DNA from: a virus
Lineage: Duplodnaviria > Caudoviricetes
Virus record (IMG/VR): IMGVR_UViG_3300045410_000063
Location: 1 to 40,101 of that record
Direction: 5' to 3' (one strand)
DNA length: 40,101 nt
Shown here: positions 8,262 through 16,312 of the stretch, in pieces
How the letters are laid out: every line of letters starts with the position of its first letter
Numbering within the stretch: the stretch's first letter is position 1
The notes under the pieces: model-generated
Databases searched by the model: none
What the model was told of the DNA's origin: nothing
What the model saw: the letters and a program-made list of their open reading frames with translations, nothing else
Program-made: the position numbers and the translations under genes

Positions 8262-8299
8262 GGAAACTCATTGACAACGGCCCCGTGAGGATGGATGCT
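8262..8299 (+). promoter_or_regulatory. Rightward leaderless promoter with shared motif GGAAACTCATTGACA
   Basis: TTGACA-N17-GATGCT-N6-ATG. Confidence 0.7.
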
Positions 8300-8305
8300 T
8301 GAGTC

Positions 8306-8527
8306 ATGAGCACGACGCACCCCGCCACCACCGCCAAGATTCGCAAGCACGACATCGACGCCGCCTCCGACACCAGCTGGGTCAACGGTCTCACCCCCGA
8401 CCAGGCCCGCTTCGAGCTGGAGGCCGAGCTGCAGCGGGTCACGGAGATCGAGCCCGGCAGTGCCTACGTCGAGACCGTGAAGTACCTCCGGATCGCCGCC
8501 CTCGAAGAGCGGCTGTACGGGGACTGA
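8306..8527 (+). CDS. Hypothetical 73-aa protein
   Basis: Leaderless ATG, strong GC3 codon bias. Confidence 0.7.
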   Translation: MSTTHPATTAKIRKHDIDAASDTSWVNGLTPDQARFELEAELQRVTEIEPGSAYVETVKYLRIAALEERLYGD

Positions 8528-8739
8528 CCCCACCGGGGAGGGGGCTCCGGCCCTCCTCCCCCGGTGTGGGGTGTGTCCGGTTCGTCGGCGAGGCAAACCC
8601 CCGGCGCACACGCCTCGTGTGTCGGCAAGGGTGCCGGCGGATCGGACAGACCCCACCACCGTTCGCCCGAAGCCCCCGCCCGTCTGAGGCTCAGGGGGTG
8701 GACGGAAGCCCGGCCCCCAGCAACCGCTGCGGGCCGGGC
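8528..8739 (+). ncRNA. Putative structured RNA (four consecutive helices), family unknown
   Basis: 22-bp helix 8568-8589/8633-8654 with 3 G.U pairs and 1 mismatch. 10-bp helix 8659-8668/8696-8705 with 2 G.U pairs. Hairpins at 8528-8570 and 8708-8739. Confidence 0.55.
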
Positions 8740-8770
8740 GCATGACCACCACAACCCCAGAAGGAAGACC

Positions 8771-8998
8771 ATGCCCATGCAACTCACCGACGAGCAGGTC
8801 GGCCAGCTCACCGAGGTCATGCAGCGATGCGGCCAGGCGTCCTACGACGACACCTCATGCAGCTTCGGTTCCCCGAAGCCCGAGGGCGGATGGAACCGGT
8901 CGGCCAACAGTTTCGAGGCCGGGGCCGCCTTGCAGGAGGTCGCCGAGATCCTCGGGATCGACGGCCCCGACGAGCACGAGGAGCGGCTCGCCAGCTGA
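8771..8998 (+). CDS. Hypothetical protein
   Basis: AGAAGGA RBS, MPMQLTDEQ..., good codon bias. Confidence 0.7.
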   Translation: MPMQLTDEQVGQLTEVMQRCGQASYDDTSCSFGSPKPEGGWNRSANSFEAGAALQEVAEILGIDGPDEHEERLAS

Positions 8999-9037
8999 CC
9001 GACCCCCGGCGCCGCAGCGGGGACTCTGCGGCACCAC

Positions 9038-9115
9038 GCCGGCCCGGGTAGGGCGAAGGCGAGGGTGAGCCAGGAACTGGCAGCCCAACCGGTTCAACTC
9101 CGGCGCCCGGCACCA
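9038..9115 (+). ncRNA. tRNA-like element / degenerate tRNA
   Basis: 78 nt. T-arm CCGG-TTCAACT-CCGG, acceptor-like GCCGGCC/GCCCGGC (6 of 7 pairs), 3' A-CCA. D and anticodon arms are non-canonical. Confidence 0.4.
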
Positions 9116-9145
9116 CACCAACCGACCGCACCGAGAGGAGCCCCC

Positions 9146-9397
9146 ATGTCCGACACGCTCAAGGTGACCGTCACCACCACGACCACGAAGACGTTCGAGA
9201 TCGAGGCCCACGAACTGGCCGAGCGGCGCAACCCGCAGCCGTACCCGACGGTCAACGACCTGCACTCGCTGGCCATGGACTACGCCGAGCGCCTCGCCAT
9301 CGACCCGGTCGACGAACAGGTCACCGTCGCCGTCGACTCGTACGCCGCCGTCGACTTCCTCGCCGCCGCCCGCCGCTACATCGACGAAACCGAGTGA
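9146..9397 (+). CDS. Hypothetical protein
   Basis: GAGGAG RBS, MSDTLKVTV... Confidence 0.7.
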   Translation: MSDTLKVTVTTTTTKTFEIEAHELAERRNPQPYPTVNDLHSLAMDYAERLAIDPVDEQVTVAVDSYAAVDFLAAARRYIDETE

Positions 9398-9408
9398 GGA
9401 GACCTCTC

Positions 9409-9915
9409 ATGACCGACGCCACGCCCATGCCCACCCTCGCCCACGACTTCGGCTACGGCCCGGTAGCCGCCCACCGCCACCCCAACGGCGGCGGCTGGGT
9501 CGCCGACTCAGCCACCGTCACCGACAACGCCTACGTCGGGCCTGACGCCACGGTCTCGGGCAGAGCGACCGTGTGCGGTCAAGCCCGGATAGTCGACTCA
9601 GGCGCCGTCCGCGACCACGCCCGGGTCGGCGAGTACGGGGTGGTTGGCGGTACCGCTGTTGCCGCCGGCCACGCCAGCATCTCGCGGTGCCTTGTCCTGG
9701 ACGGCACCTGGATCCTCGACCCGGCTGCCGTTGGCCGAGCCCCCGGCGATCCGGACCCGGTGATGCGAGCCGATCCCGAGGCGCATACCTGCTGGTACGG
9801 CGCCCACGGGTTCGGGGATCGCGGTGACGGACTGGCCGAATGGCTGGCCGAATGGCCGGCCCGATACGCCCCCGACGGCCGGCGGGCCATCGACACCGAG
9901 GAGGCGAAGCCGTGA
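9409..9915 (+). CDS. Hexapeptide-repeat (left-handed beta-helix) protein
   Basis: HPNGGGWVADSATVTDNAYVGPDATVSGRATVCGQARIVDSGAVRDHARV has 6-residue periodicity. GAGGAG RBS. Confidence 0.8.
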   Translation: MTDATPMPTLAHDFGYGPVAAHRHPNGGGWVADSATVTDNAYVGPDATVSGRATVCGQARIVDSGAVRDHARVGEYGVVGGTAVAAGHASISRCLVLDGTWILDPAAVGRAPGDPDPVMRADPEAHTCWYGAHGFGDRGDGLAEWLAEWPARYAPDGRRAIDTEEAKP

Positions 9916-10073
9916 CCGCCCACCCGAACTGCTGCGGGAGCGTCGGGCCCCGCATCGGCCAGCAGGCGCCCCGCTGCGTCCTGGGACCCGGACACGACGG
10001 CGCCCACCGGGCCCACGAGTCGTGGAACGGTGCGGACCTCGGCGGCGACACGCCCGTCACCTGGAAGGACTGA
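9912..10073 (+). CDS. Small Zn-binding-like protein (C..C-x-L-x-x-GH-x-G-x-H)
   Basis: CCGS...RCVLGPGHDGAH, GTGA overlap. Confidence 0.6.
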   Translation: MTAHPNCCGSVGPRIGQQAPRCVLGPGHDGAHRAHESWNGADLGGDTPVTWKD

Positions 10074-10080
10074 CCGCGCA

Positions 10081-10113
10081 GAGGGGCGCCAGCTTTCCAG
10101 GCCGGCGCCCCTC
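10081..10113. terminator. Hairpin terminator between convergent units
   Basis: GAGGGGCGCC / GGCGCCCCTC perfect 10-bp stem right after the stop. Confidence 0.7.
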
Positions 10114-10166
10114 CCCGACCGCCCGGAACCCCGGATCCGGGAGGTCAGGTCTACGACCCGCCGAGT

Positions 10167-10325
10167 GCCCTGTGTGCCCTGTATCTGCAGGTCACGGCCG
10201 GTGCGGCTGCCCTGGGCCGTGCCCTGGACACAGCCCTGTACAGGGCTGGAGCCGGCGGCCTACAGGGCAGCCGTACAGGGCACCCGGGCGGGTCAGTTCA
10301 GTTGGTCGCGGTGGATGTACAGGGC
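10167..10325. repeat. clt-like array of 8-bp repeats (consensus GCCCTGTA) downstream of traB-like gene
   Basis: GCCCTG(TG/TA/GG/GA/TA) at 10167, 10176, 10209, 10221, 10233, and the reverse complement TACAGGGC at 10239, 10261, 10274, 10318. Central palindrome CAGCCCTGTACAGGGCTG at 10231-10248. Confidence 0.75.
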
Positions 10326-12395
10326 CTCCCGGGAGCCGGTGGCCTTGCCGGTCGTGTCCTTGCGGGGCTCGATCCCCGCGGCCCGGGCCTGCTCGGCCAG
10401 GCGCTTCGCGGCCACCGGTCCCTCGCCGAGCTCCAGCCGTTCGCCGAGTGCCGTGCAGGTCAGCGCCACGTCCCCGTTCAGCACCGGGCGCAGCCGGGCC
10501 TTGAACGCCTCGGCCGCTGGGTCGCCGCCCTTGGCTTGCTGGACGGTCCCCTGCTGGCCGGCGCGGGGCCCGGCGAGGCAGCGATCGACGTGGGCGGCGA
10601 GGAGGGTGCGGTTGATGGCGTAGGTGCGCATCCGGTAGGCGCCCCGCGGACCGATTTTCGGGTCCTCGATCGCGCCATCCACGATCGCTACGCCCGTGGC
10701 GGTCAGGGGGATCTTGTGGGCTTCGGCGATCCCCGGCTCGTGCGCGCCGCCGAGCGCACACTTCGAGTCCTCCATCTTGGCGACCGACAGGCAGATCCGG
10801 GTGCCGAGAAGCCGGTCGAGCTGTTCGATCGTGTCCCGATCGACGTACTGCATGCCGAGGATGATCGGCACGTTCTGTGACGGCGCGATCCGGCCGATCT
10901 CCTTCAACTCGGCAAGGATCGGATCACCCCACTTCGGGTCGGCGAGCGGGGTCATGATCTCGTCCGCGATCACCGGTCGGGGTCGCATCCTGTTCGCCGG
11001 ATCGGCGGCGACCGATCGTTCGACGCGGCCGTGCGGGTTGAGATCGATCGGCAGATCGGCGAGCCGTTCGTTCCGTGCCGCGATATCGGTCTTGAGCTCG
11101 ACCAGGTAGCGGTGGAACGCCTTGAATGTGGCCTCGTCGGTGCCGTACCGGAACACGCCCCCAGCGGCCGTGACCAGCGGTCCGATCGGAGCGAAGTCGT
11201 TTGATGCCTTGAACGACCAGCAGTCCGGATCGAAGAGCGGATCCGCTGCGAGTTCGGCGCCGATCCCGAGCAGGGCGTGGGTCTTGCCGGTCCGGGGCCG
11301 ACCGACGATCACCGCGAACGGGGTGTCCACGATCGGGATCGCGACCGCCTTGCCCCGCTCGTCGGTCCCGATCCGGACCCCGTCGATCCACGGATCGTGC
11401 GGTCCCGATCGGGGATCGAGGACGGGGTGCGGGGGTGGATCGCCGGCGAACGGATCGTCCCTCGACCACCACACCCGCACGTGCTTCTCGGAACCACCGA
11501 CCGCGCGAACGGGCGACAGGATCAGGCACCGGTTGGGGACGCCGAGGTTGCCGGCGATCGCATCGTGGACGCCGACCGCGGTGGCGAAACTCTGGCGCCC
11601 GACCGGGATCCGGGCGAGGGTCTCCCAGCCGGGCCCCTCCCGGTGTGGTGCCTCGATCACGGTGATCCCGGCGATCCCGGCGGCGTCGAACGCCTGGTGC
11701 ACCAGATCCGGGGATGGTCGGGTCTCGGGCGGTTTGGCGAACGGGCGACGGTCCTCGACGACTTGGACGGCCCGGGTCGCCGGGTCGCTCTCCCGGCCGT
11801 AGGCGGCGAGAGCGGACAGCACCGAGCCGACGACGACGATCGTGGTGGCCGGCCAGCCGAACCACGGGCCGAGCCGGTCGACCAGCACGGTCGCCACGAC
11901 CAGCACCGCCACCAAGAACGCGCCGAGGGCGACGCCGCCGCCGACGGCCACTCGCTTCAGGTTGCGCTTCCGGCGCTGCTCGTAGCGGGCCGCGAACTTG
12001 GCATGCTTTTTGCTGTCGCCGTCGGCGACCAGGCGCTCCAGCACCATCTGCCGTTTCGGCATCTTCACGTAGTCCCTGGCCCACCGCCCGCCGCGCCGGG
12101 CACCCCGGCCGGCGGCGCACAGGAACGGCTCGGGCCGGAACGCGTGGTGACCGGTTCGGTTGGCTGCGACCTTCGCCAGCCGGGGCAGCTCCTGGCGGGG
12201 CGCCCTCATCGTCGGCCGCAGAACGGGCTTCATTTCCCGCTGACCGAGCGGCACCCGGGCCTGGCGGGGCGGGGTGGGGCGCTGGGCGAGCTCGACGGCC
12301 GCCTGGTGTTCGAGCGCGGCGAACTCGTCTTCGAGGTTCTGTTCAGCCTCCCGGTTGTCCCGGCGGTGCCGGCGCGGCACCGAGGTGGCGGTCAC
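10293..12395 (-). CDS. traB: FtsK/SpoIIIE-family DNA translocase, TraB-like conjugal transfer protein
   Basis: Two N-terminal TM helices, Walker A GRPRTGKT, Walker B VIADE, ILGMQ...TRICL motifs, C-terminal wHTH-like region. GTG 12395 coupled to the upstream ORF. Confidence 0.85.
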   Translation of the reverse strand: MTATSVPRRHRRDNREAEQNLEDEFAALEHQAAVELAQRPTPPRQARVPLGQREMKPVLRPTMRAPRQELPRLAKVAANRTGHHAFRPEPFLCAAGRGARRGGRWARDYVKMPKRQMVLERLVADGDSKKHAKFAARYEQRRKRNLKRVAVGGGVALGAFLVAVLVVATVLVDRLGPWFGWPATTIVVVGSVLSALAAYGRESDPATRAVQVVEDRRPFAKPPETRPSPDLVHQAFDAAGIAGITVIEAPHREGPGWETLARIPVGRQSFATAVGVHDAIAGNLGVPNRCLILSPVRAVGGSEKHVRVWWSRDDPFAGDPPPHPVLDPRSGPHDPWIDGVRIGTDERGKAVAIPIVDTPFAVIVGRPRTGKTHALLGIGAELAADPLFDPDCWSFKASNDFAPIGPLVTAAGGVFRYGTDEATFKAFHRYLVELKTDIAARNERLADLPIDLNPHGRVERSVAADPANRMRPRPVIADEIMTPLADPKWGDPILAELKEIGRIAPSQNVPIILGMQYVDRDTIEQLDRLLGTRICLSVAKMEDSKCALGGAHEPGIAEAHKIPLTATGVAIVDGAIEDPKIGPRGAYRMRTYAINRTLLAAHVDRCLAGPRAGQQGTVQQAKGGDPAAEAFKARLRPVLNGDVALTCTALGERLELGEGPVAAKRLAEQARAAGIEPRKDTTGKATGSREALYIHRDQLN

Positions 12396-12565
12396 GGCCG
12401 CACCCCTGTGGTGGAGCGCATCAGCACGGGCCCGAAGTCGCGGCCGGGCGCCACGAACGGCTCGGGCCGGTCGGCGGCGAGAACGGCGAGAACGGCCAGC
12501 CACGACACGAGCCACAGCAGGGCGAGCACCAGCCGGGGCACGAGCGGCGGACGGTGGCGGTTCAC
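12392..12565 (-). CDS. Small single-TM membrane protein (Spd-like)
   Basis: LVLALLWLVSWLAVLAVLAA, GTGA overlaps at both ends. Confidence 0.6.
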   Translation of the reverse strand: MNRHRPPLVPRLVLALLWLVSWLAVLAVLAADRPEPFVAPGRDFGPVLMRSTTGVRP

Positions 12566-13914
12566 GGGTTCTCCCTCAGGTGCTTCAAGGCGGCTCCGAC
12601 CTTCGTGGCGTGCGGTGCTGGCCCGTTCTTGCGCAGGTGCCTCAACAGGTCGTCCCGGCTGGCGTCCCGCGGACCGAGATCGAGCTCGTCGCACGCCCGC
12701 CTAACCACGGCCACGACCTCCGGGTCGACCTCGACCTCGGCCAGCGCCTTCGGGTGGCGGGTGGTGGTCCGCCGGGCCGTGGTGCCGCCGGGACCGGATC
12801 TGGCTGCGGCCAGCTGGGTACGCAGCTCGACCAGTTCGATTTGCCACCGTGACCGCTCGTCGCGGAACGCCGCCCGTTCGTCGTCGAACGACTCGGCCCG
12901 CGACGCGGCGGCACGCAGTTCGACGGCTTGGCGTCCGAGCCGACCCTGCAGCTCCTCGACTTGGTCGACCATCTGCTGCCGCGCCCGGTCGGCCTCGTCG
13001 GCCCGCAGAACGGCTTCCTGCAGTCGATGCTCGGAATCTTCGATGGTGGCCTGGAGTGTCGCCACCTGACCCTGCAGGGCCGCCACGACCTCGGCGTGCT
13101 GGTCCTGCAGCACCCGCATGTCGGCGCTGTGCTGGCGCCGCAAGGCGTCCTCGGCGCCGACGAGCGCCTGCTGGTGGGTGGCGGCGGAAACAGGTTCGCC
13201 GGCCAGGCGCTCACCGGCGAGGACGGCGTACAGCTCGAGGTCGATCGGCGACCGGTCCTCGTCCTCGGCGATCACTGCCAGCAGGGCATCGTTCTCGAGG
13301 TCCACCGCGGCCTTGTAGGAGGGGATCCGACCGAGCGTGATCCACCGCCACAGCTGAAACGTGCTGCCGGGGGCGAGCACCCAGCGCATCGCCGGGATCC
13401 GGTCCTCGAGCTGCACGTCGGCGTCGTCGAGCAGCAGTGCCTTGAGACCAGCGACGGCGCCCTTCCACAGAATGGGCTGGCAGCCGTGGAGAAGCATGAG
13501 CGCCGGGTTGGCCTCGCCCCACGCGTTGGCGACGACGGTGACCAGGATGAGCACCCACTGGAGGCGGTCGATCCACACGACCCGCTTGCCGCGGCGGGCC
13601 TTGGCCACCGAGATGACGGTGAACACTCCGAGGAAGCCGTCGATGAGCAGGCCGGGCAGCCACGTCCCGGCGAGGTTCGTGACCTTCGCGAGGGACGTGT
13701 ACAGGGCCCCGGCTCCGCCGACGACCACTACGAGGCTGACGACGGGGATGACGAGCCGGTCGAAGGTGAGGCGCCGGCGACGGGACCTGGTGGCGGCCCG
13801 CCATCCGGCGAGAGCGGTCGCTCCGAGGGCGCCGACGCCAGCGAGGTAAGGGAGTGGCACCGCCTGGGCTCCCTGGCGGTAGAGCTGGAGGGCCTGCTCC
13901 ACGAGGGCGGTCAC
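12562..13914 (-). CDS. DUF2637/SpdB-like multi-TM protein with coiled coil and C-terminal HTH-like tail
   Basis: About 4-5 TM helices (WLPGLLIDG...VVANAW), IPAMRWVLAPGSTFQLWRW motif typical of actinomycete plasmid/AICE DUF2637 proteins, long coiled coil, AAGGAGG RBS. Confidence 0.75.
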   Translation of the reverse strand: MTALVEQALQLYRQGAQAVPLPYLAGVGALGATALAGWRAATRSRRRRLTFDRLVIPVVSLVVVVGGAGALYTSLAKVTNLAGTWLPGLLIDGFLGVFTVISVAKARRGKRVVWIDRLQWVLILVTVVANAWGEANPALMLLHGCQPILWKGAVAGLKALLLDDADVQLEDRIPAMRWVLAPGSTFQLWRWITLGRIPSYKAAVDLENDALLAVIAEDEDRSPIDLELYAVLAGERLAGEPVSAATHQQALVGAEDALRRQHSADMRVLQDQHAEVVAALQGQVATLQATIEDSEHRLQEAVLRADEADRARQQMVDQVEELQGRLGRQAVELRAAASRAESFDDERAAFRDERSRWQIELVELRTQLAAARSGPGGTTARRTTTRHPKALAEVEVDPEVVAVVRRACDELDLGPRDASRDDLLRHLRKNGPAPHATKVGAALKHLRENP

Positions 13915-14540
13915 GACACCCACCTCCTTCGGGGCCCGAAGTCGCCGTTGCGGCGCTGGCGGTTGGTTTCGCGCTGGTGGCACGACACGCCTCCCCCGCC
14001 GCAGAGGGTGCGAAGGCCGTCGAGGTGGTGCATGCAGCCGTCCTCGGCGTGGCGGCCATGGGCCGGTTCGTTGGCGTGGTGGACCTCGAGGTGCCGGGTG
14101 CTGCCGCACTTGGTGCACTGGTAGCTGTCGATGCGCCGGCGGGCCGAGCGGGCCCGGTCGAACACGTGGTTGTCGAGCGCCAGGTCGGCGCATTGCGGGC
14201 CGCAGAACCGGGGGCGGCGTTCGGGTAGCGGCCGGTCACACCACCGGCACGTGTTCGGGGCGCCTTGCCAGGCGGAGAGGGGGCACGCCCGGTAGATGTC
14301 GTCGCCGGTCAGCACCGGCGGCCGGGCGGGGCGGCGCTGGTCGAGCCACCGTCCGAACAGGGCGGCGAACAGGCCGGTGAAGGCGGCGTCGACGGTGCGG
14401 CGCTGCCACCGGCCGAACGAGCGGCGGGTGGCTCGGGCCAGACGGCGCGCAACGGCGACACCGACAACGACGGCCACGAGCAGGGCGAGGGGCGCGAGGT
14501 CGACGGCGAACGACGCCAGGCGGATGATGGGGTCGATCAC
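13911..14540 (-). CDS. HNH endonuclease-like protein with N-terminal TM segments
   Basis: CRWC..FCGPQC Zn motif, YQCTKCG...LEVHH...LRTLC...CH, hydrophobic N-terminus. Confidence 0.75.
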   Translation of the reverse strand: MIDPIIRLASFAVDLAPLALLVAVVVGVAVARRLARATRRSFGRWQRRTVDAAFTGLFAALFGRWLDQRRPARPPVLTGDDIYRACPLSAWQGAPNTCRWCDRPLPERRPRFCGPQCADLALDNHVFDRARSARRRIDSYQCTKCGSTRHLEVHHANEPAHGRHAEDGCMHHLDGLRTLCGGGGVSCHQRETNRQRRNGDFGPRRRWVS

Positions 14541-15643
14541 GGCTTGCTCCCGTTGGTGGGCGCGGGCGGTGGTTCGTAGCCGACCTGGTGGGCGGCGCCG
14601 ATCTCGGCGAGGAACCGGTTGGTGCTGGTTGCGACCTCATCGGAGCGGGCCCGGTAGCCGGCGATCGTCGGGTCCTCGGTCCGGTCGGGTGCGGTCGGTG
14701 GCCCGTCGGCGGGGTCGAGGCGCGGGCCCGGTCGGGTGCGGGCGTGCTGGGCGCCTTCGATGCGGGCCACCTCGACCGCCCACTCGGTTTCGTCGGCGAG
14801 CCGCTGGCGTTTCGCCTCGGCCCGCTCCTGCCGCTTGCGGTTCCGTTCGGTCTTGCGGTGTTGGCGCGCCCACCTGCGGGCCTGGGCCGGTGGCTTCACC
14901 CGCCGGAACAGCGCCCGGTCGATCACGCCCGGTCGGGTGAGGCCGTCGTCGGGTACACCGGCGGCGCGCTCGCGGGCCCACTGGCGGCCCCACCGCCGCA
15001 GTCGCCACTGGCCGACCCTGGCGAGCCGGCGGTCCAGGTGGGCGACGTCGCGTCCCGCCTGCTTCCAGTCGCCTCTCACGCCCCGTCCCCGCCGGATGCG
15101 GGTGTAGCTGCCATGTCGGCGGGCGGATCGTGTCGTGTAGCCGGCTACGGCCCGCAACCGGCCGTCGTGACCGACCCGGTGGGTGGGCTGGGCCAAGGCG
15201 TTCGAGGCGGCGAGCGTGACGGCACCGATCGTGAAGATGGCGGCGCCGAACCCGAACCATGTGGCGGCGATCCCGGCGGTCCCGGTGAGGGTTCCGGTCT
15301 GGACGACCTGCCACACCGGTTTCCCCGCGGCGTCGAGGACCGGGTTGCCGGCCGGGTCGAGCACGAGTCGTTCGGCGGTGGCTGCCGCGGCGACGGCCGG
15401 GGATCGGGCCACCTGGGTCAGCCACGCCCATCCCATCCAGCAGGCCGCGGCGCACACCCCGGGCCGCAGCCGGGAGAACCCGGACGCCCACCGCACGACT
15501 CGTCCGCCGGTGCGGACCGCGGCGACGGCGTGCTGCAGGCCCAACTCGGGCACGACCGGGAACGGGGTGGGGGGCCGGTCGGGTCGGGCCGCCCGGATCT
15601 CCCCGGTGATGTCCTGCGCCAGCTGCCCGCCGGGTGCGGTCAC
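14537..15643 (-). CDS. Membrane protein of the transfer module, basic/coiled-coil C-terminus
   Basis: Two hydrophobic segments, GTGA coupling on both sides. Confidence 0.6.
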   Translation of the reverse strand: MTAPGGQLAQDITGEIRAARPDRPPTPFPVVPELGLQHAVAAVRTGGRVVRWASGFSRLRPGVCAAACWMGWAWLTQVARSPAVAAAATAERLVLDPAGNPVLDAAGKPVWQVVQTGTLTGTAGIAATWFGFGAAIFTIGAVTLAASNALAQPTHRVGHDGRLRAVAGYTTRSARRHGSYTRIRRGRGVRGDWKQAGRDVAHLDRRLARVGQWRLRRWGRQWARERAAGVPDDGLTRPGVIDRALFRRVKPPAQARRWARQHRKTERNRKRQERAEAKRQRLADETEWAVEVARIEGAQHARTRPGPRLDPADGPPTAPDRTEDPTIAGYRARSDEVATSTNRFLAEIGAAHQVGYEPPPAPTNGSKP

Positions 15644-15927
15644 CGTGGACCGATCGCGTGGAGGGCGACGAGCCCGGCCTTGCCGGCGCCCTTCACGGTG
15701 TCGCCGCCGCCCTTGGCGAACAGGCGCCCGAAGCTTTCGAGGAGCGCCCCGGCGAACTCGGCGATGCCCGCGTTGATCGCGTCGCCGGCCACCTGCCATG
15801 TGGTGCCCCCGAGGCTGATGCCGAAGAGGATGGCGAGGATGAGGGTGCCGCCACCGAAGTGGCCGCCCTGGTACCTCCACCAGACGATGAGGGCGAGGAC
15901 AGCGGAGACGGGGAGCGTGACGGCCAT
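15640..15927 (-). CDS. Small two-TM membrane protein (AICE Spd-like)
   Basis: VTLPVSAVLALIVWW...LILAILFGISLGGT, GGAGG RBS. Confidence 0.7.
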   Translation of the reverse strand: MAVTLPVSAVLALIVWWRYQGGHFGGGTLILAILFGISLGGTTWQVAGDAINAGIAEFAGALLESFGRLFAKGGGDTVKGAGKAGLVALHAIGPR

Positions 15928-16121
15928 CAGACCCCTCCACCGGCGGGCGTAGCGCTCCGGGCCAGGCCGGCGACGATGTTGTGGGCCCGGGCCTCGGGCA
16001 CGTAGAGCCGCTCGACGAGCAGCGCGCCTGCGTTGCGGATGTCGGCGGCCGTGGCGTCGGGGCGGGAGACGTCGATGCCCTCGCGGGCGAGGAAGAGGCG
16101 GAAGGGTTCGGGGTCGGTCAC
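15927..16121 (-). CDS. Hypothetical protein, first gene of the transfer operon
   Basis: GGAGG RBS, TGATG coupling to the next gene. Confidence 0.6.
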   Translation of the reverse strand: MTDPEPFRLFLAREGIDVSRPDATAADIRNAGALLVERLYVPEARAHNIVAGLARSATPAGGGV

Positions 16122-16142
16122 AGGGGGCCTCCGGGAGAGGGG

Positions 16143-16219
16143 AGCTAGCTACGTTGCTACTTGCTACCCCGCTAGCTATACCGGATGATGGTCCGCGTGG
16201 TCAACCTTTGGCATGCCAA
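16143..16219 (-). promoter_or_regulatory. Promoter/operator region of the transfer operon
   Basis: TTGACC-N18-TATAGC (16204-16175), tandem TTGCTAC repeats 16154-16167, palindromes AGCTAGCT (16143-16150) and TTGGCATGCCAA (16208-16219). Confidence 0.6.
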
Positions 16220-16312
16220 GCCCTTGAATCGGCCAACCGATGGGCACGCGGACCAGTGACGCGGCCAAGGACTTGCAGAGCAGCACCAAGAGGGCACGAC
16301 TACCGTCACACC

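Noticed and set aside
8590-8635. GGCAAACC resembling a c-di-GMP-I riboswitch
   Set aside because: It lacks the GNRA-capped P2 and the downstream GACGCAAAG-type conserved segment.
9038-9115. Functional tRNA-Phe (GAA)
   Set aside because: No U33-type 7-nt anticodon loop, no pairing D-stem and a mismatched acceptor. Kept only as tRNA-like.
10167-10325. CRISPR array or replication iterons
   Set aside because: The repeats are only 6-8 bp with irregular spacing and both orientations. No cas or rep gene is nearby.
10293-12395. Host ftsK or type VII secretion EccC
   Set aside because: It has a single ATPase domain, AICE-like neighbours and an adjacent repeat array, with no WXG100/ESX genes or housekeeping context.
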